From: an archaeon
GTDB taxonomy: Archaea; EX4484-52; B79-G9
DNA length: 14,060 bases
Direction: 5' to 3'
NCBI GenBank assembly: GCA_043813875.1
Contig: JBDRKP010000085.1
Span: forward strand, 1 to 14,060
Positions 1 to 7,927 of this stretch are shown piece after piece (the stretch's first letter is position 1; each line of letters opens with the position of its first letter). The notes under the pieces were generated by a model that saw only the letters and a program-made list of their open reading frames with translations, was not told where the DNA came from and ran no database searches. A program made the position numbers and the translations under genes.

Positions 1-1056
1 CTTGGCGAGGCAGGCCTCATAAACCTCTCATTCTTCGCAGCATACGGCCTGATATCCCTTCCCGCCGGCCTCCTTGCCCACAGGTACGGCAACAAGCCGG
101 TCTTCGCGCTCGGCATACTATTGATGACCATCGGCGCCCTCTTCTTCGGCCTTGTCCGGACATTCACCCTCCTCCTTCCCATGCTTCTAATAGCCGGCAT
201 CGGCGTCACATTCATCCAGGTCGCGGCAAACCCGCTGGCACAATACACCGGCCCGAAAAAAGACTACGCAAGAAACCTCAACATCATCCACTCCCTCTTC
301 GGCTTCGGGTCGCTCATCGCACCCATAATCGTGATAAAGATGGTCTCATCCGGCATGAGTTGGCGCTATTTCTATTATCTGCTAGTCGCCCTCTCATTGA
401 TACTCCTCTACAGCGCATTGAAGATAAAAGTCCCCGCCCACATCCGCGACGGATTCAGCGCAAAATCAATAATAAGCCACTTCAAAAACACATCAGTGAT
501 AACATCATTCATAGCCCTTTTCTTCTACGTCGGCATAGAGGCCGGCCTTGCAGTCTGGCTCATCACATACCTTGAGACAATAAAAGGCATAGACCCGTCC
601 ACCGGCGTCTATTTCCTCTCATTGTTCTGGCTCCTGCTCGCAGTCGGCCGTCTTGGCGGCAGCCACCTCCTAAAAGAGCACTGCCCAAAGACCATAATCA
701 CCACATTCACGCTCCTTGGCGCAATCTCGCTCGCCCTCGGTCTATACGGCAGCGCTGCCATGTCGATGGTCTTCCTTCCCCTCATCGGCCTGTTCTACTC
801 AGTCATGTTCCCGACCATCTATTCCGTCGCCATAGAAAACGAACCTCATGCCCACAGCGTGATATCCGGCATACTCTTCACAGCAGTCATCGGCGGCGCG
901 ATAATCCCATACCTGATAGGCATTGCAGGCGACAGGTACGGCCTCACAGCAGGATTGAGCATAATATTTCTCGGATTCCTGATAATATTATTGAAAGGCC
1001 TCACGATAAAGAGCGCCCATGTCTGCCTCGAAGACGCCGGCGCCGAAGAGATATGA
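1..1056 (+). CDS. MFS sugar permease, FucP/GluP (fucose/glucose-galactose:H+ symporter)-like; 5'-truncated
   Basis: Frame 1 is open from base 1 (LGEAGLINLSFFAAYGLISLPAGLLAHRYGNK...). It has many TM segments and the motifs QVAANP, RNLN..HSLFGFG, FFYVGIE, GRL.G, SVMFPTIYS and GGAIIP, typical of FHS-family MFS. Stop TGA at 1054-1056. Confidence 0.88.
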   Translation, partial: LGEAGLINLSFFAAYGLISLPAGLLAHRYGNKPVFALGILLMTIGALFFGLVRTFTLLLPMLLIAGIGVTFIQVAANPLAQYTGPKKDYARNLNIIHSLFGFGSLIAPIIVIKMVSSGMSWRYFYYLLVALSLILLYSALKIKVPAHIRDGFSAKSIISHFKNTSVITSFIALFFYVGIEAGLAVWLITYLETIKGIDPSTGVYFLSLFWLLLAVGRLGGSHLLKEHCPKTIITTFTLLGAISLALGLYGSAAMSMVFLPLIGLFYSVMFPTIYSVAIENEPHAHSVISGILFTAVIGGAIIPYLIGIAGDRYGLTAGLSIIFLGFLIILLKGLTIKSAHVCLEDAGAEEI

Positions 1057-1188
1057 GATATCCCGCGTCATTCAGTCCACTTTCAATGCTTTTAGCTATG
1101 CACTTCCTTCTAGATATTTGATTTACGATATCTTTCATGACTTGAAATCGCTCTTATCGCCAAGACCCATCAAAGCCGAAACTATCCG

Positions 1189-1198
1189 TTATATATAT
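1189..1198 (+). promoter_or_regulatory. Putative archaeal TATA box for cassette copy 1
   Basis: TTATATATAT ends ~30 nt upstream of ATG 1228. The stretch tatatatatccgt.aatacaaatatcactaagatagccATG is conserved before ATG 3566. No SD, so the transcript is probably near-leaderless. Confidence 0.55.
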
Positions 1199-1227
1199 CC
1201 GTAAATACAAATATCACTAAGATAGCC

Positions 1228-1860
1228 ATGACCAAAAAAGCCGCAATAACTGCATACCCTGAATTGATAATGATTATCTTCGCACTCGCGCTTGGCATCA
1301 TGCTATTCAGCATCGCGAACAATTACGGTCCAAAAAACCAGTTCACAGACACGCATATCGAGGGGGATCCGGATTTCATTTCGGAGAAACTAGCCGTCCT
1401 TGCAGAAGAATGCTGGAAACGTAACAAAAAAGGCAAAGCCCCTGAAAGCGACGTCTGTTTTACATTGGAAGTGGACTCCGACGGGATCTTCAACGAATCC
1501 CTTCTAAACCACTATCTGGACTGCGAATATTTAGACAACAATTATCTTGACAGGGAACTGGAACCCTACGATGACTGTGGAAAAGAAAACGACCTTTACT
1601 GGGAGGTCTACAATACCCATTGCACAGTCATAATATCGTATTCTGCATCAAGACGTCGCATCGAGATAAAAGAAGAGAACGCGCCCTGCATCGAAGGCTG
1701 CTGTATCACCAAATGCACCGAACTCTACGATGATCTGGTAAAAGATTGCGATGACGCGCGCACCAGATGCACCGACGGAGACCCTGCTATCTTCTACAGT
1801 CATTGCAAGACAACCGCCGATACCCTCCTTGACGGCTGCAAAGATAATTGTTATGTGTGA
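1228..1860 (+). CDS. Membrane-anchored Cys-rich protein with class III (type IV prepilin-like) signal peptide, copy 1
   Basis: MTKKA|AITAYPELIMIIFALALGIMLF: short basic leader, KA cleavage-like site, an early Glu and a hydrophobic helix. Acidic Cys-rich ectodomain. 36/210 aa differ from copy 2 (~83% identity, counted by eye). Confidence 0.7.
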   Translation: MTKKAAITAYPELIMIIFALALGIMLFSIANNYGPKNQFTDTHIEGDPDFISEKLAVLAEECWKRNKKGKAPESDVCFTLEVDSDGIFNESLLNHYLDCEYLDNNYLDRELEPYDDCGKENDLYWEVYNTHCTVIISYSASRRRIEIKEENAPCIEGCCITKCTELYDDLVKDCDDARTRCTDGDPAIFYSHCKTTADTLLDGCKDNCYV

Positions 1861-1909
1861 TACAAAATAGAGTCTCAGGGTTTAGATATAATATAGAGAT
1901 GAATGAAAC

Positions 1910-2020
1910 ATGGAAAAAGACGCAGTTCATATGAAAGGAAATGATATAAGAACAGCACGCTCAGCCACAAGCATTGATTTTGACTTGACTCATCGATTTA
2001 AATGGGGGGTGTTATTATGA
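1910..2020 (+). CDS. Possible 36-aa upstream ORF coupled to the beta-propeller gene (copy 1)
   Basis: MEKDAVHMKGNDIRTARSATSIDFDLTHRFKWGVLL*. Its stop overlaps the downstream ATG (ATGA), and the frame is intact in copy 2. Confidence 0.3.
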   Translation: MEKDAVHMKGNDIRTARSATSIDFDLTHRFKWGVLL

Positions 2021-3444
2021 AGAGACATTTGTTAGTTTTACTGTTCGTAGTTGTTTGTTGTTTGTCTGTAAAAGCAAGCGTAAGTGACGCAGCACCACAA
2101 AGTTTAGTGGTATTTGCTGACAATGGCGTTAGCGAACCATTCTATTGGTTAACCCGTCCCTCAGCGGTTTACTACAATGGTAAAACATATGTTGTGTGGC
2201 AAGGAAATAACTTAGACCCCTACATAACTTATTATGATCACACAACTAAGACATGGGCTCCAGCCGAATGGGTTGGTGATAGCCCATTAGTTGATGACGG
2301 CCATGGGGCTCCATCCCTCCAAATAGATAACAGCGGTTATATATATGTTTTCTACGGCTCACACTTGAACAACCAGAAATGGGCTAAGTCAACCAGTCCG
2401 GAAAGTATCAGTAATTTCATAGTTCAGCCAGATATTGTAGGTGAATATACATATCCTAAACCAATCAAGGCGGGTAATTCCATGTATTTGTTTCTCAGAG
2501 TCCACCCCTACGAGAGTTATCGAATATGGACTGGAACTTCCTGGGGGCCGGCAAATAATATTATTGCGGCCGGGCCACCTACCACGGATTTCGTTTATAC
2601 TGGATTTATGGAATATAATAATAATAAGATTCATATGACGTGGTCCTATACGTACACTGCTTATGGCAATAGGCATAATGTTTTTTATGCATACCTTGAC
2701 TTGGCTAATTCTCACATGTATTCGGCAAACGGCGTTGATCTGGGAACCACGATAACAACTGCGGAAGCAGAGACATATTGCATGGTTCGGAATACCGGGT
2801 CAAGTCAGACTACAACCCCCGCATTGCATATCGACTCAAACGGGAATCCCTGGATAATGTATGTTGAAGGCTCTGATCCTACCTTTAGATTCTATCACAC
2901 GCGATGGACCGGTTCTGCATGGACTGATCCGGTGTCTATAACAACGACAGATTATGTATATAATTACGAGGATTTTAAAATTAATTCTGTTACAGATGTA
3001 ACTGCATATCTAAACACAGCAGGGCTAAGTGGCGGCGGCGGCGACATCGAGCAATGGCACTGGGACGGTTCCGCCTGGTCAAAAGTTTCTACGATATTAT
3101 CAGAATCAGCGTCCGGCAAACCACTTGGTGATCCTAATATTCCCTATAATGCCAACGGGGTGGACCTGGTTTTCAATCAATACCTGGATGACCTCTTCAC
3201 CGACAATACCTTAAAAATTTATGCATATATGGATGATACACCAACCGTCCCGTCAAAACCCCGATGCACCTTATATGATAAATGGAAAGCGATATGCGAA
3301 TTCAGCTATATCACCTGCATTGCCCGGAACAATCCTCAATCCTACTGCCTTGAAAGAAAAGGAACCTGCGAACAGGAAATAGACGCCCTGAGCGATGACT
3401 GGCTCACGATCTGCGACAATGATTGCTCGGAAACAGTGTCATAA
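2017..3444 (+). CDS. Secreted BNR_4-type beta-propeller (PL24 lyase-like motifs) with Pro/Thr linker and Cys-rich C-terminal module, copy 1
   Basis: Likely start MKRHLLVLLFVVVCCLSVKA (Sec signal) at 2017 after the SD GGGGGTG; the ORF track starts at 2002. Motifs DDGHGAPSLQIDNSGYIYVFYGSH, YTYP, LFLR, W.GSAW and DIEQW. Confidence 0.75.
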   Translation: MKRHLLVLLFVVVCCLSVKASVSDAAPQSLVVFADNGVSEPFYWLTRPSAVYYNGKTYVVWQGNNLDPYITYYDHTTKTWAPAEWVGDSPLVDDGHGAPSLQIDNSGYIYVFYGSHLNNQKWAKSTSPESISNFIVQPDIVGEYTYPKPIKAGNSMYLFLRVHPYESYRIWTGTSWGPANNIIAAGPPTTDFVYTGFMEYNNNKIHMTWSYTYTAYGNRHNVFYAYLDLANSHMYSANGVDLGTTITTAEAETYCMVRNTGSSQTTTPALHIDSNGNPWIMYVEGSDPTFRFYHTRWTGSAWTDPVSITTTDYVYNYEDFKINSVTDVTAYLNTAGLSGGGGDIEQWHWDGSAWSKVSTILSESASGKPLGDPNIPYNANGVDLVFNQYLDDLFTDNTLKIYAYMDDTPTVPSKPRCTLYDKWKAICEFSYITCIARNNPQSYCLERKGTCEQEIDALSDDWLTICDNDCSETVS

Positions 3445-3565
3445 TCATTATGTTCCGGCTTATAACCCGTCCTTTATTCACCTAAGAAGAGCTTTCACTT
3501 GACCTCCATCGAAGCCAATAGCCGAAATATATATATCCGTCAATACAAATATCACTAAGATAGCC

Positions 3566-4198
3566 ATGACCAAGAAAGCCGCAATAACCGCATACCCCGA
3601 ACTGATAATGATGATCTTCGCACTTGCGCTAGGCATCATGCTATTCAGCATCGCGAACAATTACGGTGCAAAGAACCATTTCACAGACACGCAAATCGCA
3701 GGGGAACCCGATTATGTAACAGAGAAGCTGGCCGTCCTTGCCGAAGAATGCTGGAAACGCAACAAAAAAGGCACATCCCCCGACAGCGACGTCTGTTTTA
3801 CCCTCGACGTGGACTCCGACGGGATCTTCAACGAATCTCTTCTAAACCAGCATCTAGACTGCGAATATCTAAAGAACAATCATCTGGACCAGGAACTGGA
3901 ACCCTACGATGACTGTGGAAAAGAAAACGACCTTTATTGGGAGGTCTACAATACCCGCTCCACAATCACGATATCATATTCTGCATCAAGACGTCGCATC
4001 GAGATAAAAGAAGAGAACGCGCCCTGCATCGAAGGCTGCTGTATCACCAAATGCACCGAACTCTACGATGATCTGTTAAAAGATTGCGATGACGCGCGCT
4101 CCAGATGCACAGATGGAACCCCTGACACTCATTTCAGTCTTTGCAAAGCGACGGCAGACTCACTTTTTGCAGACTGCAAAGATAATTGTTATCCTTGA
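3566..4198 (+). CDS. Membrane-anchored Cys-rich protein with class III signal peptide, copy 2
   Basis: Paralog of 1228-1860, same length (210 aa). Confidence 0.7.
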   Translation: MTKKAAITAYPELIMMIFALALGIMLFSIANNYGAKNHFTDTQIAGEPDYVTEKLAVLAEECWKRNKKGTSPDSDVCFTLDVDSDGIFNESLLNQHLDCEYLKNNHLDQELEPYDDCGKENDLYWEVYNTRSTITISYSASRRRIEIKEENAPCIEGCCITKCTELYDDLLKDCDDARSRCTDGTPDTHFSLCKATADSLFADCKDNCYP

Positions 4199-4248
4199 TA
4201 CAAAATAGAGTCTCAGGATTTAGATATAATTATAGAGATGAATGAAAC

Positions 4249-4356
4249 ATGGAAAAAGACGCAGTTCATATGAACGGAAATGATATCAGAACGGCAAGCT
4301 CCGCCACAAGCATTGATTTTGACGGGACTCTTCGATCTAAATGGGGGGTGTTATGA
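4249..4356 (+). CDS. Possible 35-aa upstream ORF (copy 2)
   Basis: MEKDAVHMNGNDIRTASSATSIDFDGTLRSKWGVL*. Its stop overlaps the downstream ATGATG. Confidence 0.3.
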   Translation: MEKDAVHMNGNDIRTASSATSIDFDGTLRSKWGVL

Positions 4357-5804
4357 TGAAGAGAGTTTTGTTAGTTTTACTGTTCGTAGTTGTTTGTTGT
4401 TTGTCTGTAAAAGTAAGCGTAAGTGATGCAGCACCACAAAGTTTAGTGATATTTGCTAACAATGGCCTTAGCGAACCATTCTATTGGTTAACCCGTCCCG
4501 CGGCGGTTTACTACAATAGTAAAACCTATGTTGTGTGGCATGGAGCTGGCTACGATCCCCATATTACCTATTATGATCACGCAACTAAGACCTGGACTCA
4601 AGTCAAATGGGTTGCTGATAACCCAATGGTCGATAACGGTCATGGGGCTCCATCTATGGCAATAGATAGCAGCGGTTATATTCATGTTTTCTATGGAGCC
4701 ACCATTGCCGGCGGGTTCCCCCTGAAACATGCCATCTCAAATAGTCCGGAAAGTATCAGTGCATTCACTGTTAAGCCAAATATTGGCATGTACAATTATC
4801 CCAAACCAATCAATATAGGAAATTCCTTGTATCTGTTTGCAATGGGACCATCAGATCCGGCATATCTGAGTTATCTAATCTGGAATGGAGCTTCCTGGGA
4901 GTCGACACATGACCCCATTATTAAGGCAAGATCAGGTGCCAGTACTTATGTTGGATTTATGGAATATAACAATAACAAGGTTCACGTGACTTGGTGCTAT
5001 ACTTATAATGAGGGAAGACGGAATGTGTTTTATGCATACCTTGACTTAACTGATATGAATATGTATTCAATAACTGGTAGGAATTTAGGAACCACGATAG
5101 ACGCGACAGAAGCGGAAACCTATTGCATGGCTCGGAATACTGGAGCAGATCAGAGTAACACCGCATCAATGCATTTTGACTCAAACGGGTATCCCTGGAT
5201 AATTTATCTTGAAGGCACTGATACTACGTGGAGGTTCTATCACACGCGATGGGACGGTTCTGCGTGGACTGCTCCGGCGTATATAACATCAACGGACGAT
5301 AGGTTTAATTACGAGGATTTTAAAATTAATTCTGTTACTGATGTAACTGCATATCTAACCACATCAGGGGCAGCTGGTCCTGGAGGAGATATAGAGCAAT
5401 GGCACTGGAACGGTATAGTATGGTCAAAAATTTCTACGATATTATCAGAATCAACGTCCGGTAAGCCTCTTGGTGGTGCTAATATTCCCTATGATTCCCA
5501 CGGGATAGACGTGATTTTTAGTCAATTTCTGGATGACATCTTTACCGACAGTACATTAAAACTTTATGCATATATGAGTGACACACCACTAGATGATACT
5601 CCGCCCACCCCGTCAAACCCCACGTGCACCTTATATGACAAATGGAAAGCGATATGTGAATTCAGCTATATTACCTGCATCTCTCAGAACTACCCTAAAG
5701 ACTACTGCCTTGAAAGAAAAGAAGCATGCGAAAACAAAATCAGCACTCTTAACGACAACTGGCTCACCAGCTGTGATAACGATTGCTCGGAGACATTGTC
5801 ATAG
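4356..5804 (+). CDS. Secreted BNR_4-type beta-propeller with Cys-rich C-terminal module, copy 2 (altered putative active site)
   Basis: Paralog of 2017-3444. Start at 4356 or 4353 after GGGGGTG. Has DNGHGAP, but FYGATIAGG replaces FYGSH and LFAM replaces LFLR. Confidence 0.75.
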   Translation: MKRVLLVLLFVVVCCLSVKVSVSDAAPQSLVIFANNGLSEPFYWLTRPAAVYYNSKTYVVWHGAGYDPHITYYDHATKTWTQVKWVADNPMVDNGHGAPSMAIDSSGYIHVFYGATIAGGFPLKHAISNSPESISAFTVKPNIGMYNYPKPINIGNSLYLFAMGPSDPAYLSYLIWNGASWESTHDPIIKARSGASTYVGFMEYNNNKVHVTWCYTYNEGRRNVFYAYLDLTDMNMYSITGRNLGTTIDATEAETYCMARNTGADQSNTASMHFDSNGYPWIIYLEGTDTTWRFYHTRWDGSAWTAPAYITSTDDRFNYEDFKINSVTDVTAYLTTSGAAGPGGDIEQWHWNGIVWSKISTILSESTSGKPLGGANIPYDSHGIDVIFSQFLDDIFTDSTLKLYAYMSDTPLDDTPPTPSNPTCTLYDKWKAICEFSYITCISQNYPKDYCLERKEACENKISTLNDNWLTSCDNDCSETLS

Positions 5805-5853
5805 GGTCATATTCTCGAAAAATGTCAGAAATGTGTGAGGCCTCCGCTAGTTT

Positions 5854-6315
5854 TCACTTGAAATTTCGGCTCTCAATCGCCTTTATCTTGTCCACGCGCT
5901 TCTTATGCCTCTCCCCATCCGGCCTCGGCCCGTCGAACTCGGTCCTAAGGAACGCTTCAACTATCTTTTTCGCAAGCCTCTCGCCAGTATACTTCGCCCC
6001 CAAGGCAAGCACATTGGCATCATTATGCCTGCGCGTCATGACAGCAGAATCCACATCACGGCAAAGCGCAGCCCTGACACCCTTCACCTTGTTCGCGGCA
6101 ATGGAGATGCCGATACCCGTCGTGCAGATGACAATCCCGCGCTCGCACTCGCCCGACGCCACGCAATTTGCCACAGCCTCCCCGGAATCAGGATAATCGC
6201 ACGATTCCAAAGAACTGGTACCGAAATCCTTGCAGGCGTACTCAAGCAGAGCAAGCTGTGCCTTGACCTTCTCCTTGAGCTCATACCCTCCGTGGTCCGA
6301 ACCAATCCCAATCAT
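5854..6315 (-). CDS. rpiB: Ribose-5-phosphate isomerase B (RpiB/LacA/LacB family)
   Basis: IGSDHGG, DYPD, ICTTGIGISIAANKVKGVRAA, RRHNDANVLALG and RH..RV.KI signature motifs. Confidence 0.95.
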   Translation of the reverse strand: MIGIGSDHGGYELKEKVKAQLALLEYACKDFGTSSLESCDYPDSGEAVANCVASGECERGIVICTTGIGISIAANKVKGVRAALCRDVDSAVMTRRHNDANVLALGAKYTGERLAKKIVEAFLRTEFDGPRPDGERHKKRVDKIKAIESRNFK

Positions 6316-6381
6316 AGAATCACTGATTAACTCTATCTGTAATGCACTTTAAATATTTTCCTTAAAAAACACAGATAAGAC

Positions 6382-6693
6382 TCATGACTCAAGAATCTCT
6401 TCCCTCAATTCTTCCAGATAGCGCCACTTATTATTGATTATCTTCTCCCATTTTTGGATCTGGATAAAATCATTGTAAGGCCCACTTTCGTCCCTGATAT
6501 TATTATACAATTTTTGGACTTCGCCCAGATCCTTGTCTATCCCTTTTTCCACGATAGCGTAAGAACCGCTCGTGATTGGTATAAGGCCTAATGACTTATA
6601 GAATGTTATTTTTTCATCCAGATATGCATCCAGATTTTTCAATCTTTCTGTAAGGATAACAACATCATTTACGGTTTTCATATCATATTCCAT
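6382..6693 (-). CDS. Hypothetical protein (103 aa, charged, AT-rich gene)
   Basis: Fills the gap co-directionally between rpiB and the Psp-like operon. A TATA-like TATATAAA lies on the - strand at ~6717-6724. No recognisable motif. Confidence 0.6.
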   Translation of the reverse strand: MEYDMKTVNDVVILTERLKNLDAYLDEKITFYKSLGLIPITSGSYAIVEKGIDKDLGEVQKLYNNIRDESGPYNDFIQIQKWEKIINNKWRYLEELREEILES

Positions 6694-6811
6694 CTTTTTT
6701 ATAACTACAGAATAGATTTATATACATTTCGATTGTTATGACTGAAAAGTTATCATTTTATCTTTACACGCCTGATGTCTTCCATGCCACAATTCATGCA
6801 AAAATCCTTGA

Positions 6812-6994
6812 TCATCTGAAAAAATCCCTCACAACCATAACAATCCCAGGCACGATCAGAAGGAGCGGCCACAGCTTCGAAAAAGCGTCATCAACAAGCC
6901 CTGTATTCTGCAAAAGGAATATGAACCCTATGACAATCAGGATATACGGGAACACGCTGAACCTTCGCTCGCACCGCACCTCGTCTTTGCTCAT
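6812..6994 (-). CDS. Small membrane protein, LiaI/LiaF-like TM hairpin (DUF5668-like)
   Basis: ILIVIGFIFLLQNTG...KLWPLLLIVPGI pattern, 5 nt downstream of the 308-aa gene. Confidence 0.8.
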   Translation of the reverse strand: MSKDEVRCERRFSVFPYILIVIGFIFLLQNTGLVDDAFSKLWPLLLIVPGIVMVVRDFFR

Positions 6995-6999
6995 AACGA

Positions 7000-7926
7000 T
7001 CAGCTTATCTCCTGCACGACTCCGCCGCTCGATTCAGCTCTCTCCACCTGCTTTGGGCTCCCCTTGTACTGCACTTTTCCCGCGCTCGACGCCCCTGCCT
7101 TGAGTTTCTCCGATACACGCACCTGCACGACCCCTGCGCTGCTCGCCTCCGCCTCCGCATCTTTGGAAAAAAGCTCCATAGCATTCACAATTCCCGAACT
7201 GCTGGCAGTCGCATCAATAAGATCCGCGCTGCCGCTCACAGTGATCTTTCCCGCGCTCGACGCCCCTGCCTTCACCGTGCTCGCATCGACATCCACATCT
7301 ATATCCCCCGACGAACTAGCCTCAAGCTCGATCTCATCAGCCGTAATCTCAGACTCGCCGGTGACCTTCGCAGCCGAACTCGCAGTCAGCCTGTCGACAT
7401 CCTGGAAAGTCACATACACATTAACCGGCCTCGCATCCCTGACGCATGAATCCAGATAGATTTCAAGCTTCCCTCCCGCTGCCACGGTCTTCACAGAACC
7501 GATGATATTGTCATCAGCCTCGACCCTTGCGCGCGCCTCAGCACCCTTCGAAAGATACACATTCACGCCGCTGCTCGCAGACACGCTCCTGAAATCGACA
7601 AGCTCCCGGGTAACAGACGTGGCATTTCCTGAGCCGGAGATGCAGTGCATACCCGGAAACCAGAGATTTCCATGCATATTTATAGGCCCTATCTGTCCTA
7701 TGCCGTATATCACTCCAAGCACGAAAGTGAGCGCAAGGATAGCGATCCCTGCATCCCTCTGTCTGGACATTATCGCGATACCCGCAAGTACAAGCCCCGC
7801 CGGCCACCATACCGCAAAATATTCTAAGATCGATATATCCACAAATCCTATATTCCTCAAAAGAAATATCAGCCCGATAGCCACAAGGACGACGCCAAAG
7901 AATGCAGAAGATCTTCCAGATCTCAT
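7000..7926 (-). CDS. LiaF-like (DUF5668) TM region fused to a DUF2807/head-GIN beta-helix domain
   Basis: N-terminal GVVLVAIGLIFLLRNIG...WWPAGLVLAGI, then ISGSGN..S.TR....F..V and 19-aa ASSS/AG repeats ending V.YKGSP. Confidence 0.82.
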   Translation of the reverse strand: MRSGRSSAFFGVVLVAIGLIFLLRNIGFVDISILEYFAVWWPAGLVLAGIAIMSRQRDAGIAILALTFVLGVIYGIGQIGPINMHGNLWFPGMHCISGSGNATSVTRELVDFRSVSASSGVNVYLSKGAEARARVEADDNIIGSVKTVAAGGKLEIYLDSCVRDARPVNVYVTFQDVDRLTASSAAKVTGESEITADEIELEASSSGDIDVDVDASTVKAGASSAGKITVSGSADLIDATASSSGIVNAMELFSKDAEAEASSAGVVQVRVSEKLKAGASSAGKVQYKGSPKQVERAESSGGVVQEIS

Positions 7927-7927
7927 A

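Larger units (their letters stand above)
1133..3492 (+). repeat. Tandem duplication unit, copy 1 (promoter + pilin-like gene + spacer + beta-propeller gene)
   Basis: Aligns to 3493-5861, with offset 2338 at the first ATG and 2360 at the last stop. Promoter, intergenic region and both CDS are homologous. Boundaries are approximate. Confidence 0.9.
3493..5861 (+). repeat. Tandem duplication unit, copy 2
   Basis: Homologous to copy 1. Bounded by TTTCACTTGA at 3493-3502 and 5852-5861. Confidence 0.9.

Noticed and set aside
1228..5804. Diversity-generating retroelement TR/VR pair or integron array
   Set aside because: Differences between the copies are not adenine-specific and both copies are whole genes. 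There is no reverse transcriptase or integrase in the window and no attC-like palindromes at the junctions.
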